Of a DNA stretch of 64,000 bases, positions 22,580 through 34,608 are shown piece by piece. The stretch lies in the NCBI GenBank assembly GCA_973895155.1, contig OZ316893.1, forward strand, positions 3,058,430 to 3,122,429, given 5' to 3'. Under the pieces are notes generated by a model. It was given only the letters and a program-made list of their open reading frames with translations. It made no database searches and was not told the DNA's origin. Both the position numbers and the translations under genes were made by a program. Position 1 is the first letter of the stretch. Every line of letters begins with the position of its first letter. The DNA comes from Marsupella aquatica (taxonomy: Eukaryota; Plantae; Marchantiophyta).

Positions 22580-23111
22580 GAGCATTCCACGTGAGGATGG
22601 TAGTCACTGTATTCTCTGTGTGCAAGAGATGCAGTCGGATCGACGGTGTGGGCAGCTGTGAAACTCAGGATATACAGATGCTCGAACAGAAGATATCGTA
22701 CGTTGAAGTGTGTCTGAGCTAGCTAGATAGATATGTTAGACCACAAGGCGATCATACTATGGGTTGGATATAGCTAGATGTGTGGCTGCTACACTTTAGG
22801 CAGAAACACTTGCGCATGAGATATCTAAACCTAGAACCGGACTTCAAGCGGGAATTCAAGTTTTCATGTTGGGCAGGACCCGAAAATGTTATAGATTGGA
22901 GAAGATTGTCGACGTAGACATGAGGACCCGGTGAGCGACTGATAATCAGTGTAGGGTGCTCAGCCAATTTTTTGTATCTTTTTACCGAATAACAAAACGG
23001 GATATAATTTTTTTCTCGGAGAACAATGTTGACGTCGTCTGTTGCTACTATCCACAATGCAGGACTCTGAGTTCCACGTTCTACACTACGATTCCATGCT
23101 ATCCATTACAC

Positions 23112-23675
23112 CAGGCCCGTGACCAAAGGGGGTTTGGTCACAAAAGCTCGTGACCAAAGGGGTTTGGTCACAAAATGACCAAAGGGGGTTTGTCACAAAA
23201 GCCTAGTTACTTTCTATATATGTTATGATCACATGTTCATAGTCACCAACTAGTGAGTATTATACACTTCCCTTTTATATCCATCCCCTTCATTTACCTT
23301 AAGTGTTTCCAAAAATAAAATATAAATTCTCAGTATGATTGTTTCGAAAGAAAAACATAAGTAGGTAACCTTTTTCCCAATGAAGAAACAAAAAGGATTC
23401 AATAACAATAAATATTCTCTAGAAAGAAACAAAACATTAAATGCTCTCTCATCTCCTTTTGTCTCATGCTGCTATAGTATATGTACACATGTACAATACT
23501 ATGGGGAAAATACTTTATTCTTCTCAATGATAAAGTCATCATGCCAAGAAATGAGGTCTAGTTACAAAAGACAAAGTATAGCAAACCAATGTATTGGAAC
23601 CAAAGTATTGGGAACAAAGTATTGGAACCAAACCAAATATTTTGGGGCCATTTTTGGGCCCCCATCACATCTCAG
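23112..23675. mobile_element. Inserted segment, probable hAT-like TE end fragment with repeated hairpins
   Basis: Absent from the paralogous region near 16878. Starts CAGGCCCG, then 3x GTGACCAAA-G4/5-TTTGGTCAC; 14-bp TATTGGAACCAAAG repeats at ~23592-23640. Second TIR/TSD not found. Confidence 0.45.
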
Positions 23676-24289
23676 CCAATAATAAGATGTAAGTCAGAGT
23701 AATTCAAAACTATCTACAGTTTGACGGTGTTGAAGAAATTGCTTTCTCAAAAAGTTGTAATGGTATCCTCGGAAACTTCGATTATGTAATGCTGTCAAAG
23801 CTAGTAGTTTCTTCTAAAACCATTCCAGACATATCCGTAGCACTGAGTGAGACTTCTTGCACGTTAGTCTAACTGAGACAAGGATTCAGATCTGGGAGGC
23901 TAGGATACTGAGATTTGGCAACGGTCTTCTAGTTCTGCCCATGGAACAGCAGGGATTGTGCATGGATTGTGCAGTCTTCAGATCTAGACGGTTGTGTAGA
24001 TCTAGACGGCCACCCCTTCCTTCCCCTTTGCCGGCCAGATACTGGCTCCCTCAAGTGTCATAAAAGGAGTGAGTCAGCCCGGGTTAGGGTAGAACCTGGG
24101 GTGGAACCAGCTGGGGTTTTCTGTGGCCAATAGCGCCTTGCCACATGGCAGGCAACCCAGGCAGAATGACCTTGGGTTCAGTATAGGTGGTAGAGTAACC
24201 GGGAGAGAAACCCATATTTGAAAAGGGACTCTACTTAGTAATTAAAATAGTTTGGGGGATACGTTGATAATTATGGTCAGTTTGCATGG

Positions 24290-27200
24290 GGAATAAGTTA
24301 ATAAAAAGATGTTACTTATGTGCAGGCAGGGTTTCAGGGATGAGATTTGAGCACCTTTGGATTGCTTCTCTCCCGGCCAATGATTCGGCATCTGGTTTTT
24401 CTGAGTTGTTTCAGTTTGTGCCCATGTTGCGGGGGGTCATATTCCTCTTGTGGTCGCTTAATTGGCTCTTGGGGGCCTGTCGTCTTCTGGCTATGGCCAA
24501 AGAGATTGGTGGTGTCAATTCAAGCCCTTGGCCATGGTTGCGGACCATACTCACATTGTTGCCCCGGTCTCCCTTGTTGGGGAGGCCTATACCCACTTTG
24601 GTGACCAACCTAATTAACCTCATTGGTCATTCAGTTCAGCCTAGGAAGTGTGGGTTTGGTCTTGTCTTTCCCTTCTCGACTCTTTCAGCCCCCCTTGATC
24701 TTGGTATACCCATTTGGCCCAAGGGGACCAGAGTCCTTGGGGTGCTGATTGGGGGGGCTATCTTTTGAGTGGATTTTCTTGAGGTTGTTGTGTCCCAGGA
24801 AATTTTGCATGTTGATCAGCTAGCTGGCGGCCTTGAATTGGGGGATATCCAGATCTCCTTCAATCTTGATTCTGGTCTTGTGTTTTATTCTTGGGGGTTT
24901 CACTTCCACAAAAATGTCATATCACGTGCAATGAAGAATAGGGTCATTTTAGTGGTTCTAAGGGAAAACTTAAGAATTTTTGTAGAAGAACAATAGGGTC
25001 TTTTACATTCAATTTTGAGACTTATAAGAACATTAAAGTCTTTTAAATCTAATTAATCCGTGGACCCCCATGTTCATCCAAGGAATGTTTGTGTGATTAA
25101 ATGAAATCAATTTTCATCAAGGCGGTAACCAACGGTTTTGAGTCTCCCGATGGTGTTGGTGTATGCTCGTACAAAAACAAATGCTCAAAAGATAGAGATC
25201 TATCAAATGGAAGGTTGAATGTGGAGGAATTGAGTTTTCTTATAGGTTTTGCTTACACATTGGAAAAATCATCTTTCAACCATTCTTGATTAATTGTTTG
25301 TGAGTTACATTGAGCATTACCGCCACAAGACAGACTAGAGTTGTAACTCAGCTGTTGGCAAAAGAGCGCTTGTCAATTTGGTGGGAAGAACACACAAAAC
25401 GAACAAGCCGTCACTTCAAACAGTTTCTTTGACAATTGTTTCTTTGACATAGAGGCTGCATTTGGCGTCAACTTGTGTTTAGAGTGAGCTTTAGTTGAAG
25501 ACTATCTAAGAAATGCGAACAATTCAAGCCGAGAAGCAAGCATTGTGGACAAGCGATGGTGACGTAATCAAAGAAATCAATTTGTAGTGGCTAAGTTTGT
25601 GACGGTGACGAGATTGTGATATCTTTTAATCGAGAAAGGGTTTCCAATGAGCCTCAAATTGACAAATTTTGTCAAGTTTCATATGAGTTTTTGAATATCT
25701 TTGCCTTTTCAATGAGTGTTACAATAGTATAATTCTTTTTGATTATGAGTTCATGAATTCTTTTAGCTTTCTAACATTGAGTCTGACATTTACAAATTTT
25801 ATGTCAGATTTTGTCACGGTACTCAAGAGATCAGGAGGTGTTCAATCTTTTTAACTTTCTAATGTGTGACATTGAGATTATTTGTCAAGAAATAGAGAGA
25901 TCATGAGTATCTAAATTTCTCTAGCTTTCCAATGAACCTAACATTGATAGATTTTGTCAAGTACTAAGGAGATGATGAGTTTTTAATTTTACTCTAGCTT
26001 TCCAATGAGTGCCATTGAGAAATTTTATCAAGACATTACTAAAGAGATCACGAGTTTCTAAATCTTGATCTTGAATTTTCCAATGAATCAAACATTGGCA
26101 AATTTTATCAAGTACTAAGGAGATTTATTATTTAGTTTTACAATGTGAAGCCAAATGGGTTTTAATTATGTACATTTCTATAATTGATTTTTTCAAACTT
26201 ACAAACAATTAAAAAATACAAGCATTTTGATATAAAACACTGATATATCTTTGACAAACATCAAAATGGTAACTTTGTTTTACTAAATGACATCTCTTCC
26301 TTTGTATTTTGGTTTTTTTTACGTTTAATATTTACGGCATGGCGCCCCAATGCCATAAATATTAAACGTTGTTTTTGCCACAAACAGGAATGTGCACGTT
26401 TGTTATTGTTAAAAGTAGGATCATTCCTATTTGTGGCTAGTTGTGATGATGTGGCGCAACCTCATGGCAGAGAATTTGCAAGAGACCCCTAATGGGGGTC
26501 CGTAATAATTTTATAGGGGTTAAAAATAAATATTTTTTCTTACATTTTAGGGGGTCCGAGGCCTAAAAATATCACAAGTGATGGGGAGGCCCCCATATAG
26601 TGAGACCCCCGAGGTTTTATTTGCCATCCTTCCTATCTTCTCTGAAGAGTCCCTCCTACTACAATGTTTATGTCCTTGCTCTCTTAATTCATTTGACACC
26701 ACTATGATCTGAGTCAAGTCTTTGGTCCTCATTGGTCTGAGAGCCTAGCCCTTGATAACGAGGATGGTTCTTTTGTGGCTAGGCCGGCTGCATGCGTTGC
26801 CTCCATGGGGAGGTGGTATGGGCATTTTTGGTGGTGGACACTGCTCCTTGCGCATTCCTTGGTAGTTGGGTGCAAGTTGCTCTTGCCTTGGCCTCACATT
26901 TCATTATGGACCTTTGGTCTATATATCCTCTTTGACTTGGTCATGGGAGTGGAGAATGGAGCTCTGCCATGTCAGGTTCGACTTTGTCATGCACAGTCCT
27001 TATTGTTGGGGGAAGTGCACAATGTGGTCCCTGCATTTGAAGGGGTTGTATTGAATGGACAGCCCGGATCAAGTCCCAACAGGTGATTTATGATTGCATG
27101 CACTCTAACATACCCTTTCTATCGACATGCTTCCTGAGTGAGTTTTTTAGGCACTCTTGGACTCAGTTTGAGCACATCTCTTATCCGGTTTGGGCGCTGG

Positions 27201-28121
27201 TTTGGGGGCCAGCCCGCTATGCATGGGTTCCCTTTTGTATGAGAATTTGTATCTTCACCACATCCACGCACCTTTGGCTGGGTTTACCTCACCCTTGCCT
27301 TTTGGGTCAGCCCACATGCGTCTGTGGTGCGCCGGAGATGGACAGGGCGTTCATATTCTCAGGTTGGTCATAGTAGTGAGAGGACGTGGACTCAACCCAT
27401 GCATGATGACATCCAAGAAGTGGTGGCGGCCATTGCTGGTGACTTTGGGTACCATGTCATGATGGAGCAGATATATGTCGAAATATATGTGCAACCTCCA
27501 TGAGTTGAGGTTCGGGGATGGGGTTTCTGATTGTCATCGGGCAGATTTGGTCTTCTCTTGTGAGGGAGTTTGAATGTGCCCTTGGGGATGTTGTTGTTGT
27601 TGATCCTACCAGTGGGGCGCTACAAGGGTAGCTTGATTTAAGGAGGAAGCCTAAGTTGTGCGATACCCTGGGGACATCTTCTATCCATAATTTGATGTGG
27701 AGATCTTTGGGCGCTACACCCATCCCTTGACCATTTCCTACGTTCTTGCACAGTTCAGTACGTCGAGTTATCCCTCGGTGTCTATCATCACGGCATTTTG
27801 TAGACAGACGTTGTATGTTGCAGGGTATGTTGCATTGCCCTTCAACAACCACAATCACGCATTCACTATTCTTCGTAAGGGTGAGGCTGTTGGTCTTAGG
27901 TTCACTAACCGTAGGATTCCTTTGCTTGACCATCCTATGTAGTTCACACTAGAGCTCTACCAGGCTCTTCAGTTTGCTGACCAGTACGGTAGGCATTGGG
28001 CCCCTGGTTCTAATTTTGGTTGTGCAATAGTTTTTTGTTTCTTTGCTTCCTAGCGTTTCTTGGCCCTTTGGTTGTCCTCCCTTGCTTGGGTCTTTTGCCT
28101 GTGAGGGATCATGTCTCTCGG
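24290..28121 (+). mobile_element. Degenerate CRE-type non-LTR retrotransposon (RT remnant, Zn knuckle, restriction-like endonuclease), split by a TIR element
   Basis: ACRLLAMAKEIGGV; GTRVLGVLIG; CFICHPSYLL across the insertion junction; LGLPHP..CVCG; HRADLVF...GDVVVVDPT; DVEIFG; AFTILRK. Many lesions; 5' end approximate. Confidence 0.65.
24890..26613. mobile_element. Non-autonomous TIR DNA transposon with 8-bp TSD
   Basis: TIRs CTTGGGGGTTTCACT / AGTGAGACCCCCGAG; TSD GTTTTATT at 24882-24889 and 26614-26621. Internal degenerate CTTTCCAATGA repeats (25640-26120) and a 20-bp-stem hairpin (~26321-26369). Confidence 0.85.
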
Positions 28122-30243
28122 TGTGACACGGCCCCAAACCCGGTAGTAACTTAGTGATGACTTATAATTGCGTATATAAGTAGAAAGACAAGTAGGTGTA
28201 GTAAAAGTGTTTGGATTTTCAAATTTTTTATTTTTGTTAGTTCTAATAAATGGATGCGACAACCGGAGGCCGGAGTTGAGAGGGGTGTCGGGCGGTGATG
28301 TATGACAAGGGAACCATTGAGGGGGTACAAGGAGGCCACAAGGCAGCCCAAGGACTTGGAGCCAAGGTGTGGGCATCTTGGAGGGGTGGAGGCTGGTCGG
28401 AGGCTCCACATAAGGCGCAAAACGGGAAGAATGACCAAAATATAGAAAACGTTGAAATTTAAAACAGACGTTTCTGCGCTAGTACTATTCCAAACATGGT
28501 CATGTTTGGATTCATTTTGAAGCCCTCAATGAGCCCCATGCGAAACTGAGGTTCTCTAGTTGATTTTAGGTCTATATCAAACAGTGACATCTCGAGGGAC
28601 CTCAACGCCCGTAAAACAACAAACTAGACAATCTTGGAGTAGTGATGGTCGGAGGGCCCTTAGAAGGAAAGGGTTCCCACACTTGTGTTCCCCTTCACCC
28701 TTTGTGTGGTCCTCACATGTTTTTTTGCTCTCTTTCCCTTCCCCACCGTAGAAGGGCCACCGTAGAAGGGGCCCTCACACTTTCTTCCTTCCCTTTTTCT
28801 CTATTCTCACTTGTGGGGTTTCCATCCATACTTAAACCCTAAACCCTTTCCCTCTTGTGCTTGTTTTCAACGTGTGTATGGACCCTGGTTGTACAAACAT
28901 CAGATTTTTGACCATCTCAAAATCAGGAGTCTATGGGCTTGTTGGAAAGAGCTCGCCGAGCTGAATCTAACGATGTGTCACACGGCCGAAATGCAGCTAA
29001 GACGGGGGAGATGCGACAAATCGCGTTTTTTGAAAATACAAGGGTTTTGAGGCCGTATGGACGTCCGTACGGAAGGAGGTCCTGGCTTTGCAAGGGAAGG
29101 AGGAGGTAGTAGCACATACGGGGAAACCATGATCCGTGTTTTGCAAAGTCGGGGGAAACGTGTTGTACGGACGAAACGAAGGAAGATGGTGCCCCGTAAA
29201 AACTTAAACAATCATATCTTGGCCGTTTGACCTCCGTTTTGTGCACCGTTTATGGAGCCGTGATCAGGAAGAGGATGGCTCCTCAGATATGTTTTCAGAA
29301 GTGAATTCTGAGAAAATTTTAGTTTCGACAATTATAGGGGCCCCCTCCTTTTACAACGAACCGGTGGTGGCGAACAGGAGGATCTGGGCTCAAGCCAAGG
29401 CACCGTGAGTGAGGAGGAGGAGGACTGATGAGGAGACCAACTCACGGGGCTCAAGTCAGGGCACCGTGAGTGAGGAGGAGGACTGATGAGGAGACCAACT
29501 CACGGGGCTCAAGCCATGGCACCATGAGTGAGTGAGTAGGAGGACTAGGGTGACCGTACGGACTTGGTCGTACGACCTCTTGACTTTGAATTTTTTTTGG
29601 AAGTGGGCACTCACGGGCTTGTTGGAAAGAGCTCGCGAAGCTGATTCCAACAAGAGGCAACGCTCCTCAAATGGAGTCAGGATGAGGAAGATAGGGTCCG
29701 ACAAAGTTGGTAAGTGATACTGAAACGACCATAACTTGGTCGTTTGACGTCCGTTTTGGGAGCGGTTTGGTGATTCGTGATCAGGAGGAGCAGAGCTCTC
29801 CAGGGCTCTCCTCAGGGGAGTAGTTGGACACATTTGAGGTTTCGACCATGAGTGGTCCCCTCACTTCCCCGAGACTACGGATGATTACGGTTGGTACCGG
29901 CAAAGGCACCGTTGGTACCATAGTGGGCTAGGGTTTTTCACAGCGTGTGTGTGCCGCACGCTTTAGGTTAGTTTATCTCTTAGATATTTTTGGCGGCGCC
30001 GCTAGGGTTGCCGCCGTTGTTGCCACTCCGTGAGGGGTGCTTTGGTGTGTTGTTTTGAGTATTTAGGGGGAGAGCCCCGGAGTAGTGGGGGGGAACTCAA
30101 TCTAGTGTTTGCTTAGGGAAGTTAGCTCATAGCCAAAAGAGGGAATCAAGCCAGAGTAGTGAGGTAGAGGTGTAGCACTTGCCCCAGTGAGGCAGTAGTT
30201 GGGCAGACGACAGGAGGCCGGGTTGTCCTTGCAATGTGTTACA
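28122..30243. mobile_element. Probable long Ty3/gypsy-type LTR (solo or truncated)
   Basis: TGTGACAC...GTGTTACA inverted termini; duplicated internal blocks (GGGCTTGTTGGAAAGAGCTCGC at ~28934 and ~29615) and a ~60-bp tandem at 29387-29545; abruptly cuts the CRE 3' UTR. No TSD, PBS or PPT confirmed. Confidence 0.5.
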
Positions 30244-31192
30244 ACATTTTGCCAAAAGATATGGATTTGGTTTGATTCTTCAAGTTTTGGTGTGGCATTT
30301 TTTTTCCTGGTTCAAGATTGTGTTCTTTCCCCAAGAAGTGTCTAAGGAATCCTTGCACAGTTTGGTCAACCCTGTGAGTAGGAGGGGTGGTGACAGCACT
30401 CCACCAATGACCAGTAGGAGTGTGTGTGTGGCGTAGTCCATGGGACTTGATCAAAAGCAGAGCGGCTAGTCGGTAGACTTGATCAAAAATTACATTTCAG
30501 GAAGCGGAAATAAACATACTCATCCTACATGCAATAGAATCCTAATACACTACAACACTACCGACCCCTTTTGCGAACCCCGTCCCATCGCAACTAACAA
30601 AGGACCAAATTATGAAATTCCGGCGTTTGCGAAACGCTACGCATCGCAACCCTTTCACATTCTTTGAAACCCACAGCTTCGCAATCGGACTTTCGCAACC
30701 CCTTCGCAACACCTTCGCACACTGCAAAACTTATTTTATCGCACATAAATCACATTTATGCGATCTCGACAGACTCTTTATCGGTTTGCGACGCGCTCTG
30801 AACTATAACTTATTTGCGAAGCTGTTGTCTTGACAATTCCGTTGCCATTCATATGGTATCGCATAACTGCGTCAGTCAGGGTGTCGCTCAATTGCGGAAC
30901 CAAAAGTATCGCAATGTTCCAATACTCAATGTATGGCAAGTTTGCGATAGTATGGCGTTCGCATGTGTTTCGCAAGGATAGTTTGAGGGCTGGGTTTTGT
31001 ATATTTGGGTTCATAATTGGGTTGGGGTCTTATTGCTCCACATGAAGATACCAAAGCAAAACTTTATATATGCCAAAAATCCCTGAATGTACAAAAATTA
31101 GGGTTTTCTAAAACCCTATGGGGTATCAAATACCAAGACACTGTCCTTTGACTAATCCATATGCCATATGGAGTGAACTACATCTGCATCCT

Positions 31193-33245
31193 CTAGAATG
31201 GAGCCCGCCTACTCCTCTTTGCTGGCCTCTTCCCCTTGTCCTTCTTGCTTTGGGCGGGACGAGCTGGATGGGAGGGGGGTGGTGGTGGCGGTGGCGGTGG
31301 TGGTGGTGCCTGCTGCTCCTCCCCATCTGGCTCATCCTCATCATCCTCATCATCATCCTCCTGGTCTCCTGGTGTGCTAGGTGTGGTAGCACTCCCTGCC
31401 CCTCTGGACCCACTCGTGGTGGCCCCGGTAGTGTCCCCATCATCAGCGCCGCTATCCTCCTCACTGCTATCCTCACTCCCCTCCTGCTCCTCCTTATCCT
31501 GCTTCCATGTCACAAGGTTAATTCGGGTTTAGGGGTAATAGGAAAAATGTATAAACCTTATAAATGGAATGGGTGCGGGTTTAGAAAGGGTACTACAAAT
31601 CACTTACACTAGCCAACTCTGCATCAACCAACTCAAAGAGATGTCTGGCCCCATGCTCTGCCCCTATCTCCATCTCCTTTGTTGTTATCTTGCGGCGGTA
31701 CCTCTTATACTACCACAAAAAAATGAAACACCAAAACATGAGGGGCCCGGGTTAGTAACTAAGGGTACTTAAGCAAAAAAGGAATCCTAAAAAGGGTAAA
31801 AAGGGTACCCTAACCAGAAAAAAACCCCATTACCCTAACAAACATTTGTCACTCGACACTAAACGTTTTTCAAAATGAAACAAGCTTTACGAAACTCCCA
31901 CCTTCGCAAATTCAAATATATTTAAGTTTGCGAAATAGACTGCGAATCGGATTGCTTCGCAATGGCTTTGCAAACCTTACGGGAAAAAGGTTATAATAGA
32001 GTTTGCGAAACAATTGCGAGGCAACCCGCTTCGCAATTGTTTCGCAAACTGTGCTTTTAAAAAAATCCGAGAAATGGCTAAGGCACGCAATGTGTCAGGG
32101 TGACCTAAAACGAAAGGGGAGGCCATAAGGGGTAAAGCAGAGGTCTGCGAGGGGCATTGTAGGCAAGCAAACAACAATTGAAGGCGAAGGAAAAGAAGCA
32201 GGGGAGGAGGGGAGAGGACTCACGAAGGTTGCTTTCAGGCCGGGAAGTCCACCTTGCCCCATCTTGTGTGTGGTCTTGGGGCGTTTGCTGACTCGGTCTG
32301 CTGCAAGGATGAACTTCTGGGGTGGTGTCCCACTTCATCTACGATGTGCTGCAGCTGAGAGACCTTCTCAGCCAATGCCTTGAGGTCTTGGTCTGACTTC
32401 CCGGCCTGAAGTGCCTTGGCCTCCTTCTCCTTCCAGAATTGGAGGTCCTTGGCTGCTTTCAGCTGCATCTCGACCTTATAGAACGCGTTCCACACATCCT
32501 TTGTGAATTGCACTGGCCTCCTCACATTCTTGTACTCCTGCAAGCTTGCCAGGTAGGCCCTCACCTTCCTCCTATCATGGTATCGTGCTTGAGACATTGA
32601 ATTCAAAATTCTATCTGCAAGCCACTGGTCACCAATCTCTGCTCCATTTCTGAATGAATCTTTGACCTGAGTCATTACTTTCCTCTGCTCTGCTCTGCTT
32701 AGTTTCCCCCACTCAACACCTCGTGCAAAGCTAGTCCTCACAGCAAGCCTGATAGTGCTCTTTGCCCCAGTGTAGGCCAACTCAGTAGGAATGCCCTCAA
32801 CCAAGGCAATCAATGGCAGCTTCTAAGTCCTCTCTTCCTCCTTTTTCAGCTGCGCCTCACGTTGTGCTCGAATCTCATCTCGTTCCTCCCTTCTCCTCTT
32901 CTTTTCGAGGGCTGCAGGAGAGAGTACTCCTGCCTTAGCCCTCTCCTCCTTCTTTCGTTTCTTCTCTCTGGCCTTCTCCTCAGCTGCAGCCTTTGCCTCT
33001 TTCTCCCTCTGAGCCTGCCCTGCTGCAACCCCGGTTTGCAAAGCTTGCCCTAGAATTGCACTCAAAGAAGCAATCCCAGCTGGTGTACTCAAATCCAAAT
33101 GGCTCAGCTGTGTGGCATTGAGATGCTCGGCCATCAAATTCATCCATTGATTACTCTCCTCATTCCTGTTCCCTCCATTGCCATTGCCACTCCCACTCCC
33201 ACTTGCCCCTGCCCCATCCCCTCCACGCCCTCCACTAGAATCCAT
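31193..33245 (-). pseudogene. CACTA second gene (TnpA-like), spliced, divergent from the transposase; one nonsense and one frameshift
   Basis: ORFs 32823-33245 and 32235-32813 are in frame across a single TAG. A frameshift near 32330 restores PKTTHKMGQGGLPG; GT donors at ~32223 and ~31607; small exon YKRYRRKITTKE...; acidic/Pro-rich last exon with a basic NLS-like tail. Confidence 0.6.
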
Positions 33246-34608
33246 AGCTATCCAACACCAAGCGCGCGCAAGCTCTCCTCCTGCCCTCCCTCACTTCAAA
33301 AAACGAATGGGCCTCGTAACCCGGCGGGAAGGTCCAAATGCCCAAACAAAACACATTTGCGACGCAGTCCGCATCGCAATTTGCGAATCAGCCCGCTTCG
33401 CAACTAGTATCTCAACTTTCCAAAACCAATGCGAAACCACATGCTTCGCAAAGCCTTCGCAAAGCTGCAGAGACGCGAAAAAACGCTCTCGGGCTCTGTT
33501 TTTCCGAAGCTGTTGCAAAACATTTTGCTTCGCAAATAATGTGACCAAATTTTGAAGCAGGTTGCGAAGTAGGTCGGTTCTCAATATCGTGGCAATTCCT
33601 GGCGAATTTTTTTTTCACATTCTTTCCCTCCTCCTTTTGTTTAGACCATGTAAGTTATACTATGCCCTTTTGTGTAATTAAGAAATTCCGCCGTTTCAAA
33701 TCCCGGCGTTTGTTAGGGTTGGGTCTTGGATGAAGCTGGTTTTTTTAGGGGTTAAAAGCGAGATTACCAGTCAAACCTTCCGTTTTTTAAGCTATACATG
33801 GTGTGGGTGTAGGCTAATTTTGATAAGAGTTGGGTTTTGGTTTAAAATTAATAAGTGAGGAAAGGGTTTAGGATTAAAGTTGGGTTTGGGTTTAGGGTTT
33901 AAGTCTTTAATTTTGGGTTTAAGCAGGGTTTGCATTTATGGTTGTAGGCTTTTAGGGTTCAAGCAAGGGTTTAGGGTTTAAAACAAAAGAGAGGAAGGGG
34001 ATTGGGAGTGAGGGTCTAGGTTTTTGTAATAGGTCAGAGGTTTGGGGGTGAGGGTTTGGAAAAGGCAAAGCAAGGTTAGATGAGATTAATGTTTTAGTTG
34101 TTTTACCATGGGTTTTATGGGTTTTAATGGGTTTTATGGATCTTTTGGGTTTTAATGGTTTTTCCATGGGTTTTATGCTAACAAAGGAGGAGGAGCTATG
34201 ACAACTTGTAGGGTGCGGCACTTTTGCATGAATTGATACTAGCTAATGCGTATGCATCGTGAGAGCCCGGGCATTTGGAGGTACGGACTAAAATAGATGG
34301 GTCTAGTTAGGCTTATTCATGTAATTAAAATTTTTGGTTCCCACTATCTATAAAGAGGACATGTATGTAAGGTGTTCGCTTTGTGTACTTGCAGCTTTTC
34401 TCATACTTCTAGATTCGGTTCATTATTTTAGAGCCACAAGACCTATTGGCACCGCTGAGCCTGGGTCTCAGAAAGCTATTTTTTAGTGTTCCTTTTGTGT
34501 TTGGTTTCATGTCATCATTACTTGAGAAGTTACATTTGTCCAGCTTGATATTGTGATGTTATTTGGTAATAACCCCTAACTTGCAAATTATACATCTTTG
34601 TAGGGGCA

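Noticed and set aside
30428-30445. TGGCGTAGTC resembling a tRNA-Ser primer binding site
   Set aside because: Only 10 nt match, not preceded by an LTR CA end, and 185 bp from the putative LTR.
31118-31612. Hydrophobic 164-aa plus-strand ORF (WWWRW.., ILIILII)
   Set aside because: Antisense shadow of the low-complexity acidic/Pro-rich last exon of the TnpA-like gene.
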